DNA of 64,000 nucleotides from Lama guanicoe (GCA_013239625.1 MU053557.1:1681063-1745062), one strand, 5' to 3'; counted from the first letter of the stretch, positions 49,261 to 61,900 are shown. Numbers and translations are program-made. Notes: a model not told the origin generated them from the letters alone.

Positions 49261-51539
49261 CTACTGTGATGTTTAAATGACATCATCTCCCTAAAGTGTT
49301 TCACACAATGCCCAGCACATACTAAACACTCAATAAATGAAATCTATCACTGCTCTTTACTACAAGTGGGTCTATAACCCAAGTTTGCAAGGGGATACCT
49401 TTTTAATGCAGTGAACTAAGGCAGTCCTCATAACAAAGTCATCCCTGCTTACTACCATTCAAGTATATTTTCTTCAGTGGGAAAAAAAGGGGGTGGAGTG
49501 CCAGCCAGTTCAAGAGTCAGGGACCCCACAAAGGCCTAGGAGACCCATGAGAAGAGTACACCCCGTGTATGAACCTGTCCCCCTGGATAAAATCACAGAT
49601 AAAAGGTTGTGAATCCGTGAACCACCACTTTGGTCACTCAGTGAATCTTGCCTGAACCTAAAGAGATGCTCAGGTAGAGATTCCAAGTCCACCGTATCAG
49701 ACTCCTGATTACCCTTCTATAGAACACTGGAAGAAGAGAAGGAAAAATGAGATCTGGCCCACAGGAGCAGATTGATTATAAGCAAAATCATGGTGAAAAA
49801 AAGGTGGGGGCAGAAGCGGAGGCATAAGGGTAGACAGCAGAAAACCAGCAGCGCTCACTCTACGTCCTCACCTTGCTCCTGCTGACTCCTTTGCCAGGAG
49901 TGCACTTTGTCACTGTTCCCTGCCTGCTTGCCCCCAATCTCCAACTGTATAAATCCTTCTTTCTGCACAAAACTTCCCCTATCAGTGCAGATCAGCTTAA
50001 CCTGCCCTTCCCTGGCTACTCCATATTCATTCACAGCGTTGCTTGAAAGAGCCCTTAACTCAGTGCCTGACACCTAGTTTCACATCCGCTGACAATTCAT
50101 TGGCTGACCATGTATCTTAATCACACACCATCTCATCTTGTGATTTAATGACTCCCTCCTTCCTTTACAAGGAATACAAGCTTCCTGTGGGCATGGGCCA
50201 TCTTATATTTCTCTTCCATTCTTCACAAGTCCCCATACATCCCACGTCATCAAGCATGTGATGGGTCAGACTCACCACATTTCAGTAAGAGAAACATCAT
50301 TAAGCCCAATCACCTAATTTACTGACGAGAAATATCAAGGCAAGAGACCTTAAATAACTTGTTCAAGTTCAAACATACATATGGTTACAGAGCCAGGACT
50401 GCAGCCATAAGCTTCTGAACCACTGCCTTTTCAACAATCCTTGTTGTCTCTAATCTCAAGGAAAGAAACTATGAGAAAGAAATAGAGAAGGAATGAAATA
50501 ACACAAACACACAATACTCAATGGAAGCCATTGGTTGTTGTAAAGGATAACTAGTCCTAGAGTTTGATTTGGCCTGCCAGCAGGTTAATGCTGTGAATAA
50601 CTGGTGAGCCATTAAGCACAATTGGGTAATTGTGGCCAGTAAAATGAAGACTCAGCATGGAGTCAGGGAACACCTATCTGGGAAATACACAGATCCAGCC
50701 ACATCACCATTCATTATCACCAGCAAACAGCTCAACAACTGGCAGGTTAAACTTGGCCTCTTCCTGATGTCATGGAGCTGGGAAAGGGATGTAAAACTGT
50801 TTCCTATTTGGTGTGTGGTGTTTTTGTGAAAACACTTCTTCTCAAGCCTAGAGAACACAGAGATGTAAGTTGTTCTCTGGAGCAATGCAGTTTGCTTCCA
50901 GCCTTTGGGCTCTGGTGGCTGGGATGCTGGGATGTTTTATACATCAGCAAACATTAGAAAGAGGCTTATGTCGAGTTGACTTTCCCCCTCTTCAAGCACC
51001 TTCAGTCAACTTCTGCTGACAGAGCATATACTCATGAAAAGAGAGTCATAAAATTCAGCTCTAATTTAGCAGGAAATGCTCAAATATATCTTTGGGGGCA
51101 ATACAGAACCTAATCTTAATGATGTTTACATAGGAGCATAAATAGTAAAATTTGGCTTTTCTATACCACTCTGGAAAAGCGTAATACTTTATACTCAACT
51201 TTATTAGTTATTCCTTATGGGGTTTTACTACATTCTAATAAGGCACACCAGGCAAACTTTACAAACAGCCCAGTCATGTCCTCCTTATTCAGTTGCAACC
51301 TAATTGTAAAATGTCATTTCTATTTCCTTGATTCCCTAATAATTGACTCAGATTCTCCTGGGATGACTCAGCTACTCCCTGCATGAAAACAAGTTCTGAA
51401 GATAGATTAATTTTTTCAGGTCACTGGGGTTCCACTGAGTAATATACTTTGAAATATGACAGCAAAAGCGTAACATGACAGATTTTGTTTCTGCTATACC
51501 GCCAGCTACAAATTTAGAAAGAGAGGTAGAAAATTTCTT

Positions 51540-51785
51540 GTAACATTATCGCCATCATTACCATTTATTCAATATTCCAATGTCCCAGGAATTTAATATC
51601 CTATTTACCCTCACTCTCTCTTACCCTATGAATTAGGTGTTTTTTTTCCCATGATATAATACAGAAACTGAAGCTCAGAAATGTGAGGTAACTATCAGAA
51701 ATGGCTCAGTCATTGATCCAGAACTCAAATCCAGGTCTGTCTGCACCTAGAACCCGAGATCCCAACCACTGCTCCATACACAACT
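51540..51785 (-). mobile_element. MIR SINE
   Basis: CAGAAACTGAAGCTCAGAAATGTGAGGTAACT...AACTCAAATCCAGGTCTGTCTG. Confidence 0.7.
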
Positions 51786-52379
51786 TCTCTCCAGCTCCCA
51801 AGGGACTGCAGAGTGTTCGTGATGCCTAAACCCTACTGTGCAGTACCACTCCACAGGCTCCCGCCCGCCAGAGAACACCAGATGCCAAAAACCCTTTCTT
51901 CTTTCTTGAAGAAAATTCCTATTCCCTCAGATATATTCAATTCGATTGCTTCTGTCCTAAATCATACTAAAGCATGGATGATTTAATAGACTCCTAATCC
52001 ACTAGAGATAATCATTCTTATATTTATACTCATATCTTTATATAGGGGTTATTACCCCAAATTAACCTCAAGTAATACAATAAGATGGCATTGAAATGAT
52101 TCAGAGAGTGAAGGGTATACGTGTGTTAAAAATGGACTGACTTGGCAGGTGATCACATGACATCCAGCCCTGCCTCAGGCTCCCCTGAAGCACTTCCTGC
52201 CCAACCTTTGCCTGGCTTCTCTCAAAAATACTGATAGTGACTCGTTCCCATCCTCCCTTGCGGGACAGCCCCAGCAGGAGCAGGCGTGGAGAAGTGGAGC
52301 CCTGTGATGACTGTCCAACATGGACTGGTTCAAATCTATAGACCTGTGCTTCAAGGGGTGCCTTTAATTTGTAAGATGA

Positions 52380-53525
52380 CAGTAAGTTTCTCCTGATTAT
52401 AAATGTAATATATGCTCACAGAAAAACATTTGGAAAATAAGAAAATAAAAGCCATCTATAATCCTACCTTCAGTTTATTACCATGTCAACTGTTGGTTAT
52501 ATTTTCTTCCAGAGAGAGAAAGAGAGAGAGCAAATGAGCTACGGAAGGCTGTATAAACACAAATTTGGTACCTTTTGTTGCATGAAATATCTACTGCACA
52601 GTTTAGAATTCTGTTATTATGCCTAGCCTTATATCACAAGTATTTCCCCTTACCCTTTAAGTATCTGCAGAAGCCTAATTTTCAATGGTGGCATAATCTC
52701 ACTGTTGTTCCCTTCCCTTACTATTGAGCACATAGGTTGCCACCCATTTTTCCTGCTTTTAAACCATGCTCTGGCAGATGTCCTTGCATTAAGGCTTTAT
52801 CCTCATCCTTGACTATCCCTTTTGAAAAGGGAGTAAGAAGACGCCAAGTCACTCCATCCAAGATGAATTTTAATTTTAGTATTTTGGACACATATTCCCC
52901 AAAAGATTAAAGGTTAAAAGAAAACAATTTACATGAAAAGTAGCTGAATATGGACAGATGAACCCACCAAAGTACTTGAATACGATCATTTATTCTTTGC
53001 TACCATAACAGGTAAAAGTCTCATCACCCACTCTGTTTTCAATAAAATTTATCTTATTTCTAGTAAGGATGAATGTTTTTATAAATTCAGAGAGTCTTTG
53101 TATTTATTCTTATGTGAACTGCCTCCTTCCCTCTTTCTCTCTCCCCCACCCCCCTCACTATCTTTTTAATTGAGATGCTAGTGTTTAATTGGCTTATTTT
53201 ATGAGCTTTATATTAATTACTATATTTATTGCAGACATTTATCTAATGTTTTCCTTTGTGATTTCTTTCAATGCTGTCATGAGGTTCCTTCCCATCCCAA
53301 GATCATATACATACTTATCTATGTTTCCTTCTACTATTTTGTTTTTTTATGTTAAAAATTTTAATCCACTTGTGATATGTTTTGCTATACAACTTAATAT
53401 AAGGATTCAATGGGTTTTGCTCAAATAATAGATTTATCTAACATCACTTTTGAATGCCCTATCAGTTCCTCACTAGCTTAAGGTTCATTCTTTAATATAT
53501 ATGAAATTTGCATATATACTGCATA
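52380..53525 (-). mobile_element. Old L1M (L1ME-like) fragments
   Basis: ATTATAAATGTAATATATGCTCA...GCACATAGGTTGCCACCCATTTTTC...TCCTTCCCATCCCAAGATCATA. Confidence 0.5.
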
Positions 53526-53636
53526 TGAATTTTGTAGTAGGATTATGGAGGGAGGTTTTTTGTTCTTATTTTTTTAATTGAAGTATAGTTGATTTACAAT
53601 GTTGTGTTAGTTTCAGGTGTACAGCAAAGTAATTCA

Positions 53637-53640
<4 letters not shown>

Positions 53641-53671
<31 letters not shown>
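53641..53671. repeat. (TA)n microsatellite
   Basis: Direct read. Confidence 0.95.
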
Positions 53672-53675
<4 letters not shown>

Positions 53676-53910
53676 TTATTTATTTATATTCTATTTCAAA
53701 TTCTTTTCCATTATAGGTTATTATAAAATATTGAATATAGTTTCCTGTGCTATACAGTAGGTCCATGTTGTTTATCTATTTTATATATAATAGTGTGTGT
53801 CTGTTAATCTCATACTTATAATTTATTCCTCCTTCCCACTTTCCCCTTTGGTAACCATAAATTTGTTTTCTATCTGTGTCTATTACTGGTTTGTAAATAA
53901 GTTTTTTTGT

Positions 53911-54030
53911 ATCATTTTTCAAAGTCCACATATAAGTGACATCATTTTTCAGATTCCACATATAAGTGATATCATTTTTCAGATTCCACATGTAAGTGAT
54001 ATCATTTTTCAGATTCCACATATAACTGAT
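53911..54030. repeat. Minisatellite, 4 x 30 bp (ATCATTTTTCAGATTCCACATATAAGTGAT)
   Basis: Four consecutive near-identical units starting at 53911, 53941, 53971 and 54001. Confidence 0.95.
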
Positions 54031-54331
54031 ATTTGTGTTTCCGACTTACTTCACTTAGTGTGATAATCTCTACATCTATCCATGTTGCTGCAAATGGCAT
54101 TATTTCATTCTTCTTTATGGTTGAGTAACATGCCATTGTGTGTATGTACCACATCTTATTTATTCATTCATCTATCGATGAACATTTAGGTTGCTTCCAT
54201 GTCTTGGCTATTGTAAATAGTGCTACTATGAACATTGGGGTACATGTATTGTCTTTTCTAGATATATGCTCAGGGAGTTTTGAATCACACTTAACAGGTC
54301 TCTACAATCCTACAGGTTATCAGATGGTTTC

Positions 54332-54675
54332 TTTTTTTTTTTTCTCCATTAAAGTATAGTTGACCTATAATATTATATTAGTCTCAGGTGTACAACAGTG
54401 ATTCAGTATTTTTATAGATTATGCAAAGTTACTAAAATATTATTGATTATTCCCTGTACTGTATAAATTATATCCCTGTGATTTATTTATTTTATAACTG
54501 GTAGTTTATACCTCTTAATCACCTTCAAACTATTTCTCCCATCCCTTCACCCTCCCCCAACTCTGGCAAACACTTGTTGTTGTTTATTCTCTGTATCTAT
54601 GAATCTGTATCTGTTTTGTTACATTTTTTCATTTGTTTCATTTTTTCAGGTTCCACATATAAGTAAGAATACACA
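54332..54675 (-). mobile_element. L1 3' UTR with poly(A) (non-inverted part of a rearranged L1)
   Basis: T11 then TAAAGTATAGTTGACCTATAATATTATATTAGTCTCAGGTGTACAAC...GGTTCCACATATAAGTAAG. Confidence 0.85.
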
Positions 54676-54679
54676 GCTC

Positions 54680-54997
54680 ATCAACAGCAGTACCTTGATA
54701 CCAGAACCAAAGACACCACCGAAAAAGAAAGTTACAGGCTAATATCCCTGATGAACATAGACCCCAAAAATCCTCAACAAATACTGGAAAACCAAATTCA
54801 GAAATTAAAAGGATCGTACATCATGGTCAAGTATGATTTATTCCAGGGATGCAAGGATGGTTCAGTATCTGCAAATCAATCAATATGATATACCACATTA
54901 ACAAATCAAAGGATAAAAGTTTCATAATCATCTCAATAGATGCAGAAAACGCATCTGAGAAAATTCAATACCCATTCATAGTAAAAATTTTCAACAG
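54680..54997 (+). mobile_element. L1 ORF2 reverse-transcriptase segment in the opposite orientation
   Basis: AATATCCCTGATGAACATAGAC...GGGATGCAAGGATGGTTC; ORF 54849 [35 protein letters not shown]. Confidence 0.9.
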
Positions 54998-54999
54998 TT

Positions 55000-55300
55000 T
55001 ATTCTCACTCTGGTCTCTCTTCCAAAAGTCACTTCCACAAGGGATCCTTTCTGATCACCCAATGAAAATCACCACTCAGGCACTCAGATATACTCTTTCT
55101 TTTGCATTATTTTACTTTCTTCATAGTATTCATCATAACCTAATATTTGCTTATTTATTTATGTGTTTGCTTATTGATTATTTCATTTACTAATACAGAA
55201 ACTCCAGAAAAACTGAACCTTGTCTGTTTGGGTTACTACTATATTCTCTGAGCCTAGAACATGGTATATAATCAATAAATATCTATTAAAATAAATAATT
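55000..55300 (+). mobile_element. L2 3' end
   Basis: AAAGTCACTTCCACAAGGGATCCTTTCTGATCACC...GAGCCTAGAACATGG...CAATAAATATCTATT. Confidence 0.7.
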
Positions 55301-56181
55301 TCAGAAATTTCATCAATAAATCAGTCTGCACTTGAATTTCTACCAGTCTTCCTAAACTATTACAACTCTAAAAAAAAAACTTAGTTTTGTTGGACAAATT
55401 CTCTTCTTCTATTCCTTTTTAAAATTACCTTTGTTTATTATTCCAGATAATCTTTAGAATCGGTTTGTGAGATTCCTTACCTCACCTATATCTCATTTTA
55501 TATTCCTACTCTGAAGAAAACACCGACATTAAATTAAGCCATGAATACATTAGGAAAGAACTGACACTTTTACAAATGATGAGAATATTGAATATGTTCA
55601 ATGTTCTTCTAAGACTATAGGAAACCTACCAGATGCCCAAGCCTATAAAAGCAAGGATTCTTAAATCTGAAAAGATCAACTTGCTTCTTATCCAAATAAG
55701 AATTTGAGGTCCACATTGATTTGGTTATATCATCACAGCTAACACTGGCTCTATTAGGAAAAAAAAAAAGCTTGTAAATTATTATCCATATCAAAATACA
55801 GTGATGAGAATAATAAAGCAAAATTTCAAATATTTTCTTCCACTGAAGAAGAGACCATTTCATACTACAAAAAAGGAAGTAAAAATTCAGCAATTTCTAG
55901 GCGAAGTGGACTGTGGAGAGAAATTATCTGTGTAATTTGAATGTTGGAATGAAATTAGTATGTTCAGGGCAGCACTGTGGCATTGATTTCAGGGCACTTC
56001 AACTGAAAAAGTGCTCAGGCCTCACTGATTACTCAAAAGCTCTTGAGAGTTTTTTCCTACAGCAAAATCATAAATATCACACACTAAATCAAAGACTCTA
56101 TGGTAGAAAAGCCTGCTGTGTGAGGGACCCTCCCAGAAAACCCACTCCTTACCAGAGTCATTTGAGGTTTGAGGGTGGCTC

Positions 56182-56312
56182 TTTATTTTCTTTTTTTTAA
56201 TTGAGGCAGAGTTGCTTTACAATATTATATTTGTTTCAGGTGTACAACATAACGATTCAAAACTTTTATAGATTACACCACAATTAAAGTTATTACAAAG
56301 TATTGGTTATAA
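56182..56312 (-). mobile_element. Very short L1 3' end
   Basis: TTTTTTTTAATTGAGGCAGAGTTGCTTTACAATATTATATTTGTTTCAGGTGTACAACA; 12-bp direct repeat CAGAGTCATTTG at 56153-56164 and 56317-56328. Confidence 0.85.
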
Positions 56313-56499
56313 TTAACAGAGTCATTTGGCTAAGCCACTGACTCACCTTACTAATGCTCATGTGAGCGTTTACTCTGACACTCAAAACCTTTCCCTCCAT
56401 CTCCTTTGCCTCTAAGAGAAAAGTGAAACAAATTAAGCTAACTATGTTTTGAGTTGTGGCTTAACAATACAGAAAATAACCAGTCCAAGTAGCCTATAA

Positions 56500-58005
56500 A
56501 AACTAGTAATCTAACTATAACTTCCAAGTGGGATATACCTTAAGAAAGGAAAGATTTGAAAATGGAATTTAATTTTAGTAATCAGGTTGTTGGCAGCAGT
56601 GTTGGTATTCTTATTCTGAGACTATTGTGAATGTACTGCAAGATTAAGCAAAGCAGTAACTATGCTGGTGTTCTTGAGAGCTGAGATGTTCAGTGCAGGA
56701 CAAAGGACCTGGATAGAAGATTGATAATGTAAAGTCAAAATCCTACAGTCTTTATCTTATATTACAAGTATCAGTATAATTAATGATGTATGTTTTTTTA
56801 AAAAAATCATATTTATAGCTTTGTCTACAGAAAATGAGGATGAACTTGGCAGCAAAGAGCACCCCTAATACCCAAACTGGGTTCCTAAATACTATTTTCA
56901 ATGTAAAGGAGAGTCAAGGCTCCTCAGAGAAATGGCTCAACACAACTCTGTGATAGGAAATCTGATAGAAAATCTCTAAGATGAGCCTGTAACATCTTAT
57001 CATCAAGGAACCTTTGAAAATCTTCACGGGTCACATCAAAAAATCCCAGAAGCCAGTTCTAACAGGAAACCATTGGCCCAAGCTGAGGTAATCTGAATCA
57101 TAACTACAGTTAGATTCATAACTGCAGTAAATTAAACATAGTAATTTTAATCCATAAATTTATGAGATTAAAAAAGCAAATCATAGGCAACTTTTGGATG
57201 CTAAAAACCAACTCAGACTGAAAACTAATAGAAAGAAAAACAAAAATTAGAGGAAGAAAAAAGTTAGGAAGAAAGCACATATTTTCCCTTTAACATATAA
57301 ACCGTATCTCAGAATAATCAAATAGTTAATAACTTGGGTTGGAATCAGCAAAATTCAAAACATGGAAATTGGAAACTATAATCAATCTTATAGTAACTCA
57401 AGTTGAAAAAGGATATGAAAATGAATGTGTTTCTGTACATGATGACTGAAGCATTATGCTGTACACCAGAAACTGACACATTGTAAACTGACTATACCTC
57501 AATAAATAAACACCCCAAAAAAACCATAGAAATCTTAGAAAAACACCTGGTTTCCTCAACCCAAAATTGATATGGAAAAAAAGAGATGGCAGATAAACTC
57601 ATCAATTAAGAGAGACTTGACACATATCATCTAATTACAATGTTACTTGGATCCTGATTTAAATTGTAGAAAACAAAATGAGGTAATGTGGGAAGCTTCA
57701 AACTAATAATATTAAGAAATTAGTCTTAAAATATTTAGATTTGATAATGATGTGATTTATTTTTTAATACATTGTATTGTTATCCTTATCTTTTGGATAT
57801 AATACTGTAATATTTATGAATGAAAAGATATACAAGATTTGCTTCAAAATAACTGGGAGTATTGACTAGTAAGGATATAAATGAAACAAGAACAGTTGTG
57901 AGCTTCTAATTTCTGAACCTGGAGTGATGGATAACACAAATTTACTATGACATTCTCTCTACTTTTGTATATGCTTGAAATTTTCCAAAATAAAAGTTAA
58001 ATATA
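56500..58005 (+). mobile_element. Old L1MC-like 3' UTR with a nested camelid L1 3' tip (about 57378-57525)
   Basis: GGCAGCAAAGAGCACCCCTAATACCCAAACTGGG, TTGGATCCTGATT, TATGCTTGAAATTTTCCAAAATAAAAG; nested GACTGAAGCATTATGCTGTACACCAGAAACTGACACATTGTAAACTGACTATACCTCAATAAA. Confidence 0.7.
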
Positions 58006-60515
58006 TAAATTGTAATTTCCAGAAAAACTGTACCCATGTTAAATCCTACAAATAGAGCATGGGTATGCCTATTCCCCATATCCATACTAACAATGAATTT
58101 ACCTTTTTCATCTGTACCAACTGATAAGCAGAATTGTTTTATTTAGAGTCAGTCAGTATATATCTAGTTTATGATGCATTAATAATAACAGTAACATTTT
58201 TCTTACTAAAGAAATGTGGCTTACATTTGATTGGTTTTCTGATCCCAATTTGCTTTGAAGAATTGTGCTCACTCACTTCAAAAAAAAAAAGTATAAAAAG
58301 GAAATATTTTGTAACATGTTCATTAAATAGATATACATTTAAGTGAATAGCAAGAAAATCTGTAAAGGTATGCACCACAATATTGAGTTATTGTCTCTAG
58401 GTGATAAGGTTATGAGTAATTTGAGGTTTTGATTATTTGTATTTTCTAAAATAGTGAACATATATTAGTTCAACAAGTAGTAAAGTTTAAGAGTCATACA
58501 CACGTAAGTTCAAAACCAGAGTCAGTAAGTGGGACATCACATGTCAACCATGTCACTCTTTGTACCATTTATTCCTTGGGCACAGCCTTCCTATGACAGG
58601 TTCATTGATTATGACACCAAGAAAGAAAAGTCTTTTCAAGCCTTTGTGTTCAAAGGGAAGAGGTCAATGTGGACTGTAGGCTCAAAACAGCAAATCAAAG
58701 AGCCAGAAGTCCTCACAGACAACATGAATCAAATTGCAGAAGCTGCAGGGCTCTATCCTGGCCAGATCCATGATCCACCTACCCAACCATTAATTCAACA
58801 AGTTCTCACTTAACACTTCACAGTGCCAGGCAATGGACTAGAAGCCAGTATCATAATGTAAGACACATCCTGGCCCTTAATGAGCTCAGACTCTTGCAGA
58901 AAAATAAGACTTCAGATTATCAAACCCTTCTTCCCTTCTTGGATCTTCAGGTTTTACAAGTTACTCTCGCCTTCCCCCTAAATGCAGATCATTTATACAT
59001 CAGATTCATCTAATGTCTCGACCCTCCCTAGAAAACAAATGGCATCAAAGTTGCGCTCTTTTTTCAAGGTAGTAAAAGTATTAATAATTTGTATCGTAAT
59101 AAATTTTTTGTTTTCCCCCATTTTCTAATGCTTATGTATCTATCTTCTCAATATACGTCCTTCACGTCACCCTGGATATGCCTAAAAGATTCAGTAGTCC
59201 TAAAAGATTAATTCTGATAAAATGAAGCTGTTAATGAGCCTTTTCCAATACTCCTTCTCTCACCCTCTATTCAAAAGTCCATTTGAGCTCTGAAAAATGA
59301 AAGGAAAAGACAACGAGGAAAGAAGAAATGGAAGGAGAAAGAAAACTCACACATGAAAATATCAAAACGATTACAAACATAATTCCCCTGGTCTGAATTA
59401 CTTATTTGCTTTATTTAGATGGTCCACACTCCCTTCTTTGGGTAAGTTTACCTGAAGGGAGGTTATTAGTGCACAAAAGGAAAAGTAATACAATTTTGTC
59501 TCTCTTTTACAGACAGTAAGCATAAGGATATACTAACTAGAGTTGCCATCTATCTTAGAAGGAAAGCCTTAGAATCACAGTTCTGGGTGTTTCCACCAGA
59601 CCAAAGCTCAACTGAAATATTGGTAGATTCTTGTTCTTCTAACTCAGAAATCCAATTCTCCTCATTTGAAAACCAAGCTTTTGTTTTTCCTCCCGTTCAA
59701 ACTCTAAAACCAAGCCTTCCTACCTACAGTAAGCCACTAACTATTCAGAATTAACAAATGCAAAGCACTTTCTCCAGACAAACCCTCAGGCTTCTCAGCA
59801 AAGACCTCTAGACAGCCAGAACTAACTAAACATCAGAATTAGTCCATGACATAAAGTCCTGACTTTAAGAGAAGTTTTCAAAACGGAGATGTAAACAAAA
59901 CAGAAAGTAAGGTGCTCAACAACTTACAAATGTGTCTGCACATCTAATATCTAGCTTGAAAATATTTTGAACCAAAGCAGCTCCTCATTAGTGCCTTGTT
60001 CCAGTTTGAGCCCCAACATTTCTTCCCTCAATCATGAGTCATTTGTCACTGTTCCGTAGTCCATTGAGAAGATGGATGGCAAACACTCAGTGCAAATTAC
60101 AGCCTCCATATGGTCAAAAAATACTACATAACAGAAAACATAAGCACATTAGTAGAGTTAACCTTTCTGAACATAAGTAATTAGAAACCGATATTACTAC
60201 AAGACCAAATATTGACATAAAAAGTAAATAGCTGCATTTTGATCAAAGACGCCTAGATCTAATAAAATCTGTGGTATACTATTAACTTAAAAGACTCCTA
60301 TAAATAACATTAAATAAACAAGTTAGCCTATGCGTGAGCAACTGAACGTACTTTAATATACTATCATTCAGTACCAGAATACTGATTTTCACTTACTCTC
60401 CTTAGAAAAGGCAGTCATAGCTTTTAGAAACAAACAAACAAAAAACGAAAAACAAAAAAAGAAAGAAAGGGTAGTCCTCAGTCTTTCATGTGCGTAGATT
60501 TCAAGCCATGTCTAG

Positions 60516-60658
60516 GGGAAAGAGGCTATGGCTCAGTGGTAGAGTGTGAGCTTAAGAAGCATAAGGTCCTAGGTTCAATCCCCAATATTGCAATTAAATT
60601 GAGTAAATAAATCTAATTACTTCCTCCTGTACACTTCCCCCTCCAAAAAGAAACAAAA
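60516..60658 (+). mobile_element. tRNA-Ala-derived SINE (Vic-1-like), long-tailed and diverged
   Basis: TGGCTCAGTGGTAGAG, GGTTCAATCCC, tail AAATAAATCTAATTACTTCC; 15-bp TSD TCAAGCCATGTCTAG at 60501-60515 and 60659-60673. Confidence 0.9.
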
Positions 60659-60842
60659 TCAAGCCATGTCTAGTGGTAGCTACACCGCCTAACTGAACTG
60701 GGTATTTGCCACCTATGTGATGATCGATGAACAATGAATTACTTCACTGACATGACTTCTAACAGAAGGGGTCAACAAGATTTTCACATGGTAGGAAAAA
60801 AAAATCAATTTGGAATAATCTAAAATTCAAGATCAGCAAGGA

Positions 60843-60921
60843 TGAGGTTGACCAATATGAAGCAGCCAATATATTACCATTTTCACCTACAAACAAGGCA
60901 ATGTCACACACTTTACATGAA
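60843..60921. mobile_element. MADE2-like mariner MITE (~80 bp)
   Basis: AGGTTGACCAATATGAAGCAGCCAATAT...CCATTTTCACCTACAAACAAGGCAATGTCA aligns to the recalled MADE2 consensus. Confidence 0.65.
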
Positions 60922-61214
60922 CTTGTGGACTTGTGGCATGCAACCTATGACTTGCTATGCCTCATCTGGACATGCAAGCCCAAACGGTATTCTTCTTGCT
61001 GAGCCAAGAATTCTCACCTCCCTGGTGCCCCAAGAATCCAGTATCAACCAGTCACTCTCAGAAGAGGAGATGAAAGTTATCTGACTGGCCCGATTTAGAT
61101 CCCTCTTTTAACACACTCTTCTCATAAGACTTATTTACTTATTTATTTTTCCCATAAGGTTAAATGCAATTGTTCTCTTTATTTTACATTAGAGAAAAGA
61201 CTTATTTATTAATT

Positions 61215-61900
61215 GACTCATTTATTCATTTAGCAGTTACTTTTTGAGTATCCACCCTATGAACAGCACTAAGTAAGGACCCAAGGGGAATACAGAGGGG
61301 TCTGACGTGGGGATTAAAAATCTGCTTTCATGTGTAAATTATATATACAAGAAAATTTATGTATCAAAGTCAGATAATGAACATAGGATGCTACCAGGGA
61401 AAGTAAAGGGATATTTGAGCTTTGGGTAATAAGGAGGAAAGAACAATCTTATGGGCTAGATTGATCGGGAAGTCTTCATCAAAAGTTGAATTTTTAGATA
61501 GATGGGATTTCAAGAGAGTGAAAGATACATGTCATTCCAATCAGGAGGAACCATAAGATCAAGTGGAAATCTTCATGATGTGTCTGAAGGAAGCAAGGGG
61601 CGGTGGGACAAGAGAGGTTTGCAACTGTGAGTCAAGTGGACTTTTCATCAAGGGAGAATAAGGGGTAAGGTTGGAGAAGAAAGCTGAAATGACAGTGGAG
61701 GAAGCACACTAATGAATATTTTATAGTAGTGTCTAAACAGTCTGTTGATGATGCTGCTGACTGCCTTGAGTAGCGGCATGACAGGATAGTCTGTTCTAGA
61801 GAAGCTGGTCTGGCATCCGTGTTGAGGATGGATTGCAAGCAGAGACAATCAGAAGCCAGCTAAGAGATAACTTCCCCGCTATAACAAAGAAAGGGGGTAA
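61215..61900 (-). mobile_element. L2 LINE fragment
   Basis: CTCATTTATTCATTTAGCAGTTACTTTTTGAGTATCCAC tail followed by a purine-rich body. Confidence 0.6.

Larger units (their letters stand above)
53560..54272 (-). mobile_element. L1 3' end (cetartiodactyl type) with (TA)n and an internal 30-bp tandem array
   Basis: TTTTAATTGAAGTATAGTTGATTTACAATGTTGTGTTAGTTTCAGGTGTACAGC...; probable TSD AGGGAG(G)TTTT on both sides. Confidence 0.9.

Noticed and set aside
53776..54063. Repetitive peptides MWNLKNDITY / ISDIIFQIPH
   Set aside because: These are translations of the 30-bp minisatellite inside an L1 3' UTR.
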